A DNA stretch of 56,556 bases, filler included, from Sphacelaria rigidula (Eukaryota), in NCBI GenBank assembly GCA_964200075.2. It is 4 parts of 4 records of this genome, joined end to end, with 100 filler letters (N's around TTAATTAATTAA, not from the genome) between each part and the next. Parts side by side here need not be neighbours in the genome. Positions count along the whole stretch, not along the records: positions 14,166 to 28,229 come from CAXNAA020002477.1; positions 28,330 to 42,393 come from CAXNAA020002478.1; 2 more parts are not named here. One strand, 5' to 3'. The translations under genes were made by a program, and so were the position numbers. A model generated the notes under the pieces. The model was given only the letters and a program-made list of their open reading frames with translations, had not been told where the DNA came from and ran no database searches. Shown here one piece after another: positions 24,580 through 37,311 of this stretch. Each line of letters opens with the position of its first letter. The first letter of the stretch is position 1.

Positions 24580-24730
24580 CTGGTAAGCGAGGTGGAACAC
24601 TGTGCAGTCGCACGACGCGCAAACGTGGCACTTACACTCCAAGCAGAATGTGGCGCTGGTTCCGTGTCGGCTGAACGATCGTCGGCAGATGGCGCACGTT
24701 ACGAAGTACCGAGCCCACACTCGGTTGGCC
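24580..24730 (-). CDS. Internal exon encoding a zinc-finger-like Cys cluster
   Basis: Acceptor tttttaacAG, then (R)ANRVWARYFVTCAICRRSFSRHGTSATFCLECKCHVCASCDCTVFHLAYQ, then donor GTGAGG. Confidence 0.82.
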
Positions 24731-25115
24731 CTGTTAAAAAATAAAAATATATATGTAAATGGAACTGGTATACTGAGTGCAAATAAAAAAATCAACATTT
24801 TGAAAATCATGACCCAAGGCTCGCGAAGCAAATGGCTTTTACAAGCCGGTTCAGGGTCAATACCCGAAATGTATTCCCCACTATCAAGAGATACAGATTG
24901 CAAAACTGATCGGAGAAAAACATATGCGGTATCACAGCGACCTTTTCACGAGCAAGCGAGCAGTGTGATATGGCCAGATTTTTCTTGCATGGTGTGCCTT
25001 GGCGCTGGTAGTGAAAATATTTCTCAGCCAATCAGGAATCTAAAAATTGTTCTGAGACTAAGAATGTGAATTCCGGGGTAAATTTGTACTCAATCTCATC
25101 ACAAATCAAACCTCA

Positions 25116-25580
25116 GGCCGACTCTAATGGGAGCCGTTCAAAAATTCTGGTCAAACCTGCTTTTTTGGTCCTTCTCCGTCGTTTTTCGCCTGAAAAGAGG
25201 GCTAGGCGGATATTGACGCCTGGGAACGTACTCATTGAGCCCGTTCCAGGGGGCAGCTTTACATTTCCTGCTGGCCGCACTTTCATTTTTGGCCGAACAT
25301 GGATTTTCAATGAAAAATGGTCAAGCGATCAAAATACTGAGGGAACTTTTGATCACCTGACTGTTTTTACTGAGAATTCATGTTTGGGCTGTATTGGTCA
25401 AAAACTAAAGTGCGGCCAGCGGGAAATGCCGAGTTGCCTAAGAACCGTCTCAATGAGTAGAGCAAGTCATTCCAAGACATCAACACTCGCCAAGCCCTCT
25501 TTTCGAGCGTAAATCGACGGAGAAGGGCCCAAAAGGTAGTTTTCGGGAGGAGTTTCGAACGGCTCCCATTAGAGTTTGCC
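25116..25580. mobile_element. Palindromic PIF/Harbinger-like MITE related to the 21979-22928 family
   Basis: TIR GGC(CG/AA)ACTCTAATGGGAGCCGTTC with flanks TCA / TTA. Internal blocks such as gaaaagagggctaggcgg and gaaccgtctc..gagtagagcaagt..ttccaag are shared with the 22-kb elements. Confidence 0.78.
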
Positions 25581-25909
25581 TTAGTACCCATCAGCTAGGG
25601 AATCCAACGCAAAAAAAACAGATTCCGAAACGGCTTGTATGGGATCCAGCTATACCCTAAAACGTAGTGTTTTGGTGCTGTGGGGTTTTGGCGTTGTCGC
25701 ATTTCCAGTGATGATGTGATCCGAGACTCAGAAAGCCTCTTGACGCTTCCCTTGTAACTTTAGAAGAAATGCTCCGATCGTTCACAAACTTTGACTTTTT
25801 TCTGAACGAACATCAGCACTACGAGCGCCTGCTATTGGAAACCAATTATAACATAGCCGACGACCGTTCATGCAGTGAAGAGAGTATCGCCTGACAAGAT
25901 GCGACAAGT

Positions 25910-26130
25910 GATCGCGACAACGACAACGACGAAAACGATAACGTAATGGTATGACTATGATCATGATTACTGCGATGATGATAATGATGAGGACAGTGAG
26001 AGTGATGATAACACTGATTATCACGACTTTAATTGCGATTATCCAGTCTATAATTATGATATCATCACGACCGTGATTATGACTATGATCATTATCATCA
26101 CCCTCAGTAACAATATCATCATCATTGTCG
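25910..26130. repeat. Degenerate trinucleotide-rich low-complexity tract (ACA/GAT/ATC)
   Basis: Runs of gatgat, atcatc and cgacaa. This explains the D/I-rich spurious ORF. Confidence 0.65.
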
Positions 26131-27129
26131 CACACTAACCCGATCTCTTAAACCTGTGGTTGTATCAAGAGCTGAATATAAATCGTTCCACGACAAATAT
26201 CTCCGGTCCGAAACCCAACGCAAGGAAGGAAGCGAGCGATTTTTCTCAAGGTAACGACCATAGCTCAGACGTTGTGCACCCATCCTGCGCTCACGCGTAG
26301 GGAGACCATCGTCAGCCCCACGGTCAGTACACGTGCGACCCGCTGTTCCCAGCATGTTTCAGTAAATCCAGTGACTGACCGCCGCGACCGTTACACGATC
26401 GGTCGAAACTGTAGCAAGAGTCATTTATTTTTCCAGCGAGCCTTTCCATTCCGCTCTGTTTACCTTGAGTACATTCATTCATCTTGTGAGCACGGCTGCG
26501 TCCCTTGGGATCAGTTGCTTAATGTGCGAAAATCGTTGACAAACGTGAAATATTTTGCGGGATTGAACACTGCGTACTGTGATCTACCGTATGAATATGT
26601 GCAGCTGAGCTGTTATGTACGACGCTGTACTTCCACGATCTGCAGCTCACAGTTAATATCAGACTGGTTGTCGTTACAGCACAGTTGATGACAACATGTG
26701 ATGTGCGGCAAAATTTAGATTCGAGGCAACACGTGTACGCTTATGCACATGGGAACCGATCACGGTCACGCGAGACAGCGCATACAGCACGCAACACAAC
26801 AGCCGACTGCTGTACTTGTTGACTACTTTATAGTCCAAAACAAGCGTAGGTGCACCATGCTACTAAAGAAAAACTCGCATCATTGAATCCACCACACACG
26901 ATACTATTCCACCCGTGGTTGAACACACGTAGAGGTGAACGTAATTTTTGTTTTCCTGAATGACCGACTAACCCCCCAGAAAAATTGAAGAGCTTTGACT
27001 TCACTTGCTGCGGAAACAAATGCACGGCAAATCGCAACATTTTTGTGGTACACTCGTGCATGTGTTCAGAGATATCTACACATTATTACGTAGATAAAAC
27101 CCACAAATGCCTACCGTGCACACACACAC

Positions 27130-27359
27130 CTCTTGGCGATGGCCGAATTCTTATGGCCCTCCAACGCCTGGATCTTTTCGGGCGTGAGCATGCACGCGTA
27201 AGGGTTCGAGTAGGTCACATCGCCAATATCGCCGTCAGACCCCACTGCCCTGGCCCCTCCTTCTCGCCCTCCCCCCGACGCCGATGCCGACCCCGCTGGT
27301 ACGCCCACAGCCTCGATACATTCCACACAATGCGTCCCGTCGTCATGGCCTCCGGCTCC
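27130..27359 (-). CDS. Most upstream exon found for the Cys-rich unknown protein (gene 5'-incomplete)
   Basis: Pyrimidine tract and cAG, then GAGGHDDGTHCVECIEAVG...YSNPYACMLTPEKIQALEGHKNSAIAK(R), then donor GTGTGT. Its phase 2 end matches the next exon. Confidence 0.72.
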
Positions 27360-28118
27360 CTGCCCCTCATTCGAGCGAAGAGAGGAACGGGGGGGAAGGA
27401 TGCCAAGACCATGTTTCATCATTCATGTGTATGGGTGCAGGGGGGGGGTCATGGATAAGGAAACTTCAACACCGCGAGGAAGTACCCGTGAGGTTTTTGC
27501 TTGATTGAGATAGTATTTCAGATGTACACACGTATGAAGTTGAAGGGGAAGTACCTCGCAACAAGTCAAAGCTTAGCTCGTGCAGTATCGCGAGTGAACT
27601 TCCGACCATGAGCCTATCCGCCGCGTGTCCACGTCTTGTGTTATTGCCGTGGCTTCCAAGATTAAATATTGGAGTCTACCATTTGAGGTGCTTCAAGTCA
27701 AGTATCGTATAGCACATATAGGAATCACAAACGCATATATTGATGGAGAAGTCATCAGCTTGAACGTGAGACTGTGAACCGTCTAGGACAAGAGGTGCAG
27801 CATGCCCAGGGATGAGGCCGGCAGAAGCATATGACACAATCTACTGCAGGAGGGGGAGCGACAGTCATGTTCCATTCTACGCGCGGTGGGCAGTGATTCA
27901 TCAAGTGCGAAAGTCACGGGGCTAACCCGTCCTACTCCACCCCCCCACATAAGGCACTTGCACAGTAACACTGGCTATCCGGCTTGTCACTTTCGTTCAA
28001 TTTGATAGGTGTAACTCAGTCCACCGACCTGCTCCATCCTCAGGGGGCTCTCGAGAGTATCATCCCTACACAGTGAAAAAACCTTTCGTGTATACGAGCG
28101 AGCGACTTTCACCATTTC

Positions 28119-28153
<35 letters not shown>

Positions 28154-28229
28154 GGGGGGGAGGGGGGGGGGGCGTACTCATTCGTTGCTTGCCTTAGTCT
28201 TTTCACCATTCACCACACCTCTCTTTCTA

Positions 28230-28329
28230 NNNNNNNNNNNNNNNNNNNNNNNNNNNNNNNNNNNNNNNNNNNNTTAATTAATTAANNNNNNNNNNNNNNN
28301 NNNNNNNNNNNNNNNNNNNNNNNNNNNNN
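28230..28329. other. Artificial 100-bp scaffold spacer
   Basis: N44-TTAATTAATTAA-N44. Confidence 0.98.
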
Positions 28330-29231
28330 CGGTAGTTACTCAAACAAAACAGTGTAGCCTTTCCTTCGTCGTTAAATTCAGCGCAGCAGCACAAGTGGAG
28401 AGGGAGCTCACACAGGTCAGGGTCGGGAGGGAAAACGGTGGGTGCGGCAGCCGATCTGTTGTCTCCTAAACAGGATGGCCATCCTCCAAATTATCCCATC
28501 GTACTCAATTGATCATGTATGCTTTGTATTCGATCGTGTATTCTCGTCTCTACATCCGAGCCTGACCCTTGGTCCGATGATTGAAGTGTGCTGCAGGTGT
28601 GCCCAAGAGGTTTCATTTTTTCTGGAAGTCGCGCCCACAGTTGCATCAAGTGACCGCGATGAGTAGATAATCTCGTCAGCAGTCGACGTGCATGCCGACG
28701 GCACTTTCGACCCATCGCTGGCAGTCGCACCAGCTGTGGATCACACATTTGACGCGCCGGGGCCGGTGCTGAGGATGTCTGCCACAGGTTTGGCGGCACT
28801 TTTTGACTGTTGGCAGGATATTCGACACTTGCGGCGACAGCTCCGCGTCGAGGTCGGCGGTGCGCGCGGTGCGGGCGATACTCCCAAAAGTGCTGCTGAT
28901 ATTCATTTATACAACACAAAAAAACAACGTCTTCTTATTGGAGGTATCTCAAATTTCAGTCACTCAATCTGGCGAAGAGTTTGTTGATCATTTGATTAAC
29001 TCGTCGTAAACAGCTTGAGATGTAAGACATTGTGCCGATAATACGAAGAAGGATTCGGGAAGGTTACAGTTATGGGCCCGCCTCAGGTATGCTGCACTTT
29101 GAAGGTGCACGATAGGGTGCGGTAGCAGATCGCCTACGGCACCCACCGCTTTCCCCCCCCACCTTGACTAGTGTGTGTTCCCTCTCCACTTGTGCTGCTG
29201 CGCTGGACTTGATAATAAAGGAAAGGGTAAA

Positions 29232-30998
29232 GCTTTTTCCAAGTCGCGATTAATACATAACTTGTGTCCACGTCACGACTTGGAAATGATCATGTCCATC
29301 TCCAGCGAGTGGAATACCTGTTCGTGCTTGTTCCATGTGCCTTGCATCGACACCACAACACCCGATATACACTCACAGTCCGCAGCCATCGTTCAAGCCT
29401 TCTCACGGTGCAAACGGTCTCGTGGCGGACGCGAAACGCGCGTGCTGCACAGTGCCAAAATATAACGCCAACCGACTGGAATGGACATAGCTCATGTCCA
29501 AGTCCAGTGAGTGGAATACCTGTCCGCGCTCGTTTCATGTGATTTTCTTTGACATCACGGCACCCGGAATACACTCACACAGTCCGCAGCCATCGTTCAA
29601 GCTATCGTGGGGTGCGAACGGCGTCGCAGCGGACGAGAAACGCGCCTGCTTTCTTCTCACGGTGCAAACGGTCTCGTGGCGGACGCGAAACGCGCGTGCT
29701 GCACAGTGCCAAAATATAACGCCAACCGACTGGAGGAGGGTATAAGCGACTTGGACATAGCTCATGTCCAAGTCCAGTGAGTGGAATACCTGTCCGCGCT
29801 CGTTTCATGTGATTTTCTTCGACATCACAGCACCCGGAATACACTCACACAGTCCGCAGCCATCGTTCAAGCTATCGTGGGGTGCGAACGGCGTCGGAGC
29901 GGACGAGAAACGCGCCTGCTTTACACAGTGGTGACAAATACCGCCACCCGACTGGAGTTGGACACAAGCTATGTCCAAGTCCAGCGAGTGGAATACCTGT
30001 CCGCGCTCGTTTCATGTGATTTCTTCGACACCACAGCAGCTGCAATACAATCACACAGTCCGTAGCCACCGATCAAGCCGTTGTGGGATTCAAACGGCGT
30101 CGTATCGGAGGAGAAACGCGCCCGCTACACAGTACCAAAAACAAGATCTGCACCGGACTGGACTTCGCCATGGCTTTTGTCAAAAACTCGACTTACGAAA
30201 CTTGGCACGTAATCATGTGCTTGCGATTGATAGCGGCCGCATTGCAAGCAACAATGCCAAGAGGTGATTGCCGCTAGTACGTTCTACCCGCATTATTCCG
30301 CGATGCACTGACGTTTTAGGCAGCGTGAGCATGTATCTACAGTGTTGAATAAAGTAAAAATAGACACGCTGCCTAGCTGTCTCGCGTCGTATCTTATCAA
30401 CATTGAGATCGGTGCTACCAACTTCATATACACGCTCTATGTATATTGCCCGCTACCCGTGTAACCTGGGGATGTTGAGTACGGAGTGCGGATAACGTGT
30501 ATCCGCCGCAAAGATGGCTCCATAAATGGACCCTTTCTTCGCACCAGCAGTGTCCTCGATCCACAAGCAGTGGGTCGATTTTTCATGGCTGTAGGAGCTG
30601 GAGGAAGAAGGCCAAAGTTTTATATCTAGAGGCCCACGATGGCTTGAACGGTGGCAACGGACTGTGCGAGTGTATTACACTTGCTGTGGCGTCGATACAA
30701 CGCACATGAAACAAGCGTGGACAGGTATTCCACTCGCTGGACTTAGACATAGCTCATGTCCAAGTCCAGTTGAGTGGCGGTATTTGTCAACACTGTGTGT
30801 AGCAGGCGCGTTTCTCGTCCGCAACGATGCCGTTCGCACCTCACGATAGCTTGAACGATGGCTACGGGCTGTGTGAGTGTATTCCAGGTGTTGTGGTGTC
30901 GATGCAAGGCATATGGGACGAACGCGGGCAGGTAGTCAAATCGCAGCTGGAGTTAGACATGGCTACTTCCAAGTCGCGACCTGGAACTTGGAAATAGC
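29232..30998. mobile_element. Foldback-like element with inverted arms built of ~205-bp tandem units
   Basis: Units starting ATGTCCA..TCCAG(C/T)GAGTGGAATACCTG at 29292, 29494, 29764 and 29971 (+). Two inverted units lie within ~30630-30960. Termini GCTTTTTCCAAG / CTTGGAAATAGC. Confidence 0.78.
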
Positions 30999-32654
30999 AT
31001 TGTCCTAGAGGAAACCCTACACGACTTTGTTTTAGTGACTATACCGACTCGGCAGTTTGTGGTGCTCGAGTCTATCTTCTGCGTGCTGCTAAGCAAACGG
31101 TACTGTTTGGACCAAGGGTGCCCCAGGCATCAAACGAAGGTTGTCTAACTGATCCCCAGGAAACCTGACCGTGGTCACACGATAGACGTACCCAAGGTAA
31201 GCAACACCTTTGCTCTTGTTGGGTACGTAAGTAATTCGTGGTTAGGACCGCGAGCGTTTTGAATCACATCGGAATTGGGACACACCAGGACCGAGACTTG
31301 TCATGACCGCTCGGGCCAGTCCCTGCAGGGACCGCACGCCTGACCCTGACCTTAACACCAACCCTAACCCCAACCATGGGGGTGTTTGAAGTTCGATGCG
31401 GTCCAAAACTGACACGGTACTATCACGCATTACGCGTGAATCTTGTGCCACAGTTAGATTCGTGGCGGTTCACTCGATGTGCAACAAGTGGTCAGTCAAC
31501 CATCAAGTAAAATACACCCGCTTGTGGAATGAATCAAATCATTAGCCGCACATGTTTGAAACTCGTGAGTTGTACGGTATGAATCATTTCGTGAAAAACA
31601 TTGTCAAGCTTAGAGTTTATCCACCTTTGACTCGTACGGTACGGATAGACCTCATATGTTCTCCACCCGTCGTTGCTATATTTTTTAGTGAGACAGTGCC
31701 ACGCGAGCCAATATCCCCAACAATTCGCACGGCTTGACGACACTTTCACGCACTGAATGTTGTGTGATATGCGGATTTGCGGTATGACGCTTACTGTTTT
31801 CATACCTGACATGGGTCATCTTACTGGATCCTCATCGAACGAGTAACGTCATGGCGGATATCCACCACTCTGACCACCGCGATGACACATCAAGGATACT
31901 CGTGACCGCGAATCGCGTTGCTCAGGCTTTGGTTGCATGAATTTCTTGTGCTGGCATTCATTGTTTTTCACGGGAAAATAAGTGAGGGGGGCGGCTCCTA
32001 CGAGCTGATGTGGATCAAACGATAATAGTGGGAGCAAGGTGGCAACAGTAACAAATAGTACGCACACTGTGTTGCTTCTGCTTTGACTCACACCGTCTTC
32101 GGTGGAGTAGGTGGAGCGAACGGAAAAGTGGGGGTCGTCAGTTTTTTCCGTCAGAGCTGGCAGTTGATACCTTAACTTCGTTGCAATGTAAGGGGTGCGA
32201 TGTGAGATAATACAAAGGGGAGCGGGGACAAGGTTGGGGTTGTCCGCATATGTAGTCGCTTCAGTGTCGCCGGAGGACAGTCGAGTTGTACTCCACTGTG
32301 TGGAGCTATCAACCACAACTGACTTGCATTTGATCCAAAACGGTGTCAGGCAGTATGTATAAGCGTTATTAATCTGTAAGAAACTCGGTTGAACAACCGT
32401 TGCTGCTTTCAACGACAATTTAACCTGGAATTTCGTGCAAGACGTGGTCCAACATCCCACCCCCCGCGCGCACGCCTTCGCCCCGAGGTGATTGATACCA
32501 TCTACCCGAACTCATCCACACATGCTCAAATAAACGGACTGCCGACCCTTACAGACTGCATACTATTTCTCCAAGCTGCATCAAGTGAGCTAAATGTTTT
32601 AAAATTCATGTGTATCCTCGCTTCACTCTTCTGTGACGAACTATCTATCCCAAG

Positions 32655-32861
32655 GTATCTCTGTCAGCCGACTGGACGTGCGGTACCGTGGCCGAGCGCA
32701 CTTTGACGAGCGAGTTGTTCGACATACCAACCACCATCGCCCGCCAGTACAACGGCATCTATGCTGTCAACGCCAGGCTTTTTGCCGAGAATTCCACCAC
32801 AACGGAATATCAGATCGTGCGCGTCGACAGAGATGGGGGAGAAGTGGAATGCGCCACCTGA
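32655..32861 (+). CDS. Terminal exon of an SMP-30/gluconolactonase-like (NHL-type) beta-propeller protein
   Basis: Acceptor cccaAG, then VSLSADWTCGTVAERTLTSELFDIPTTIARQYNGIYAVNARLFAENSTTTEYQIVRVDRDGGEVECAT*. FDxPTTxA..xYAVNAR..YxIVRV is the last-blade motif I recall from this family. Not in the ORF track, and upstream exons were not found. Confidence 0.7.
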   Translation, partial: VSLSADWTCGTVAERTLTSELFDIPTTIARQYNGIYAVNARLFAENSTTTEYQIVRVDRDGGEVECAT

Positions 32862-33617
32862 TACACCTACGTGGAAGCGTAGGGTCAGATGGAGAGAAGG
32901 AATGGCGCATTTTCTTTCAGTTGGGATGAAGAAGGGGTTGTATTGGCAGCCTCATCCTCAGTGGCAAAAGATACTGCGCCACCGCTTCTCAAGGGTTGTA
33001 ACTGATGCCTAGAGGTCAGGGCGATCATATAGGTTCTAGATGTAAACTAAGTACTTAGTGTCTGATGGTGTGTTCGTGACTAGATCATCTTAGTTTCAGG
33101 GTATCTACATGTTGCAGCCGTTTTGATCTAGAGAGGCTCCAGAATGCGTCTTTGTTCCACGGGGGGGTCCCAGTTAATTGTATGAGGTGCGCACCGACAT
33201 ATTATGATGATATCGATGTGTAGGGTTGTCATAATGTTCAGGAGCATTTACCGCTTTCCCTTCTCAGGTTCGTGGATTGGCTTTAGTGTTGCGGACGTGG
33301 TCAAAGTTGATCAGAGACAAAGGTAGGCTTGGTAAACGATTTCTGAGTGCATGTACTCCTGTGCCTTCGTGCCGCACTTCACGTGTTCCTGCATCCAAGG
33401 TTGAACCCTCTGCCACCGGTGAGAAATGAGTGAAATAGTGCAGACTGATCTTGAACAACAACCAACGACAGAGAGGTTGAACTTCCCATACTATCGAGAG
33501 TCAACGCTCATCGCGTGAAACTGGATGAGATGAAAGTGTGTCGCTTTTCGATGTGATGACATTACACGCAGCATTAACCCCTATTTGACATTTGGCGTCG
33601 AACTCAACGTGTCGCTT

Positions 33618-33727
33618 CACGGGTGGCCACTGGGGTGTTTGCAACCTCAAATTTGGACGTTACAAACCTTGTGCAACGTCTGTAACGTCCAAATTTGAGG
33701 TTACAGGCACCCCAGTGGCCACCTGTG
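33618..33727. repeat. 110-bp near-perfect hairpin
   Basis: cacgggtggccactggggtg..aacctcaaatttggacgttaca pairs with tgtaacgtccaaatttgaggtt..caccccagtggccacctgtg. Confidence 0.85.
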
Positions 33728-34648
33728 TTTTTATTACTACAGATCGTGTTCTCATCAGTTAGCATGTGCTTTACCGTTGCTCAGTAGTACTTCAGAGTAC
33801 TCCGCTCTTGTACCATACATACAACCGCTACGTAGGACGCACAGGTGATTTCATTTCTTTCCCGACAAGCCACTCAACATTTGCATGGTATCCGACCGTC
33901 TTTCGACTGTACGTATGGCGCACCACGTCAATCTTTCCTCGACGAGTCGCGATATTCCCACCGCCGCTTAAATATATCTTCTCGGGCATCTTGCACGCGA
34001 TTCCCTTCGGACGATCATCGTGAACCGCCGCCGCCTTGCTTGGCCGTAGTTTTCACGCTGTAATTTGGACCCAGCTCATCTGCAGCACCTACGGCTGGTT
34101 CCCGCTTGTGTACCTGCTCTGACTTTCGGGAGGCACTTTATAGGCGCGACAGTACGTGAGAGAGCGGGCCTTGCTACTACTACCCCTGCCTTCGTGCACA
34201 CTGCAACTTGATCTTCAGGTCATCGCGCTCGCATTGAGCCATTTTGCTATGTTAAATGCGGTATCTCTGATTTTGGCATTGAGGTTTCTCCCCCCTCATT
34301 TATCTTGCACCGGTGTAAATGCGCTCTGCGGCCACTTTTCGTATCGCCTCAACATTCTTTGGTTTTAGCTACAGTCCCCCTTCCGCAGCCTGTACCGGCA
34401 CAAGTCACAAGTTTGCTTCCGTCTAGTGCCGACTGTCTGTTACGACCAAATCGTGCTGCTATCCGTTTCACAACGATCGGTTTCGCCCACATCATTCCGA
34501 TATGTGCACATTTTGGCCATGCGCTACCCCATAGATCTTTTTGGTTTCGGAGCCTTTCTCATCAAATGAACCGCTGTATTTTCTTCAACTAATATCAGCC
34601 CAAATAAGGGCACTGCTCTATAATTGTCAACGATCGGATGGATGACAG

Positions 34649-34844
34649 AGAGTTTCGGGAAACGCTTGTTCATCATTTCAGATTGCAAATATCTCGGGAT
34701 CAGGGTGTAACGGAGAATTTTCCCCCTCGATGAAATAGGATGTCCCCTTGACCTTTTTTCGATGAGTTTTGTTTTTCTTCTGCACTCTGATCCTGAGATA
34801 TTTGCACTCTGAAATGACAAAAAAAAAGCGTTTTCCGAAACTCT
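34649..34844. repeat. Inverted repeat with ~65-bp arms, MITE-like
   Basis: agagtttcgggaaacgc..tcatttcagattgcaaatatctcgggatcag pairs with ctgatcctgagatatttgcactctgaaatga..gcgttttccgaaactct. Confidence 0.75.
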
Positions 34845-37311
34845 TCAATATTTCGTCTGGTAATCATGTATTTTTAGTGATTTTGATTCGTACCGTACGA
34901 ATTGATCCATATGGTATGTTCCCCAGCGTTCCACCCCACCCACGGGCACCCCAGACACGTGGAATACAGCGCAAGATTTGTACAGGAAGGTTTTCAACCG
35001 CGGTCAACCCATTTCTCCCACGACCAATCAGGCCTCAAGACCCGTAGATTCGATTATTCGAACGAGCTATTATTCGCCCGACTCTTGATAATTCCCCCCC
35101 GTTGTCAAGTTACTCGAATTGGTTTGCAGACGACTTCAGCATATATTTGCTAGCTCGTTTTGTGCCGCATTTACACTGGTGCCTCGGTCATCTAATTTTG
35201 GATCGACGTGCACCGGCTCCCCTCCTGACTAGTGCATTCTTAATTATTTGAATCCCCTTCAGCCCCCGTGACTTGAATACTCCCAGATGTGTGGAAGTCG
35301 TGAGACTCCCGGTGACGGTAGAAACCGTCGAAGGTGGCCGATGATTTCCCTCGGGTTATCTAGTCAAGGATTGACCGTAAGTCGTGGGGTTGAGGCAAAG
35401 TGGATCACTCGGGAAAGCTCGACGAGCGCGAGCGAGTTAGCCCGATGACGAAGTCTGAGAGTCTTGGTCAAGAGTGATCCCCAGGGATAGCCAGCAGTTC
35501 GCTGGGGAGATCCCTGTTACCTTGGGGTCCCAGATCCAGCTGTACAGATATGGAAGTTTCGGGGCTCCTGTGAACTTTCCCCTGTAACAGCCGTTCACTA
35601 GGTTACACGTCATAAAAGGAAATCTCTCCGCACATGCCCAAATGGCGATCTCCACACTTCGACACGATATTGACTATTTCAGCGTTCGGTAACAATGAAT
35701 TTCGATAAATTTTGGCGAAGCGAACCCGCGGCGAGTCCTAGATGCCCCCCCCCCCTGGCTCGTGAGGGGGGGGCGCGGGAGGCGCCGCCGGAATCAAGAA
35801 AATCGGGATATATAGCTTTATTTTTTTTCCCCGTGTAAATTGGCATAGTCAAGATCTCCCAGAGTACATACAGTAGGAGAAAACGTGTCCAGATTCGACA
35901 AAACCCAATCATCCCACCGCACCCGCAGTATATGCTGAATAATGCCTTACTTGTCGGTAAACACACCAACACTAGAAAAGGCCCCTGTCTATTCTGCTCG
36001 CCCCTCCTCGTGCACCCGCACCTACACACATGCACTACAATGGCCTTTGTGCTTCACCTCATCCTATGTTCTTCTACTGTAAACAACGAGTCATGCGCCA
36101 TAAGTCATAAATCATGTTACAGGCTACAAGAAGACACTACTACAGGCTGGTTCACGGAAAAGAAAAAAAATTGCATCAGTAAATGTCTTCTGCAATACGC
36201 ACCCAACAGTCGCATACATGGTATCACACTGACCGCAATGAACAGACGAAGAGGGCGACATGGCCGGATTTTTGTTTAAGGCTTTAGCGGTGGCGCTATG
36301 GACAAAAATGTGTCTGAAACAATCAGCGCCTTTCAAACTGTTCCGAAATTCAAAGTACGAATTCCAAGCCCAATTTCCACCGAATATCCACATGCTTCAA
36401 ATCGTAGTGACCGTCATCACCTCAAGAATCTAGCAGGAGAAACGGACTTGAAAATTGTTCCAACGAATCATACCCGAAATCGTGATGTTTCGGTGATGTG
36501 GAGTGTGGTGTCGTCTAATTTCCACTCATGATACGCAGGAAAGACTCAGGGAGACTCGTGACGATTTACCTCATATCTGTTGTAGAAAAGCTCAGATCAT
36601 CATACTTGGCAGTTCCGTAGGTATTGATGCTCAAAATGGAAACATTGTGTTCTTGGCAAGAGTTCAAAGTTTCTCCGTTCTCTATCGGCTTCCAGGGATC
36701 CCAGTACACAGACCCCCGGAAAGCGGTGCAGAATGACTCGAAAGAGAAGGAAAAAAAAAACATGATGCGTCCCAGGATGGTCCAAGGAACACACGTACGA
36801 AGTTTGGTGGAAAAACTCGAAAATCTCATAGAAGTTTTCCTGCCTTGACGTCAAATTCACCCTAAAGATGTTTTCATGCTCGAGCCAAGTAGTTAGGAGT
36901 TTGCACATTTCAAGCTCACATCCTCGCACAAACGCGCAAATCTTCACGCATTTATGAGGAGTTGGACTCTGAAACTTTGCGTAAATGAGCTATGAATCAT
37001 TACACGAGTTTCGATCAACGAGTTTTTTCTACTTCTTTGTTTTTTACCGGTTTTCGGGGGTCCGACGGGATCCAAGTCGTTTTTTCGAAGTCGTCCACTC
37101 TGGGATCCCGCAAAAACCGGCACTACGGTCTTTTTTTCATTTTTTTCGCGAACACTCTGTCGCCGCAAAACCCAAGGAAGAACCCCACAAAGTTTTGTGG
37201 CCAAACTCGATCAACTGGTGCTTGAATTTTCATGTTCACGTCAAAGAAGGCCCCAAAACGCCATTTTCATTCCAAAATCTAGTAGTTTGCCGTTTCACCG
37301 TGGCACGGCAA

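Noticed and set aside
28491..28987. GC-rich overlapping ORFs at the start of scaffold 3
   Set aside because: No recognisable domain and no consistent splice sites. Could not be linked to the 32655 exon.
29292..30150. Regular repeats as a possible CRISPR array
   Set aside because: Units are ~205 bp and contiguous, with no unique spacers and no cas genes, in a eukaryotic context.
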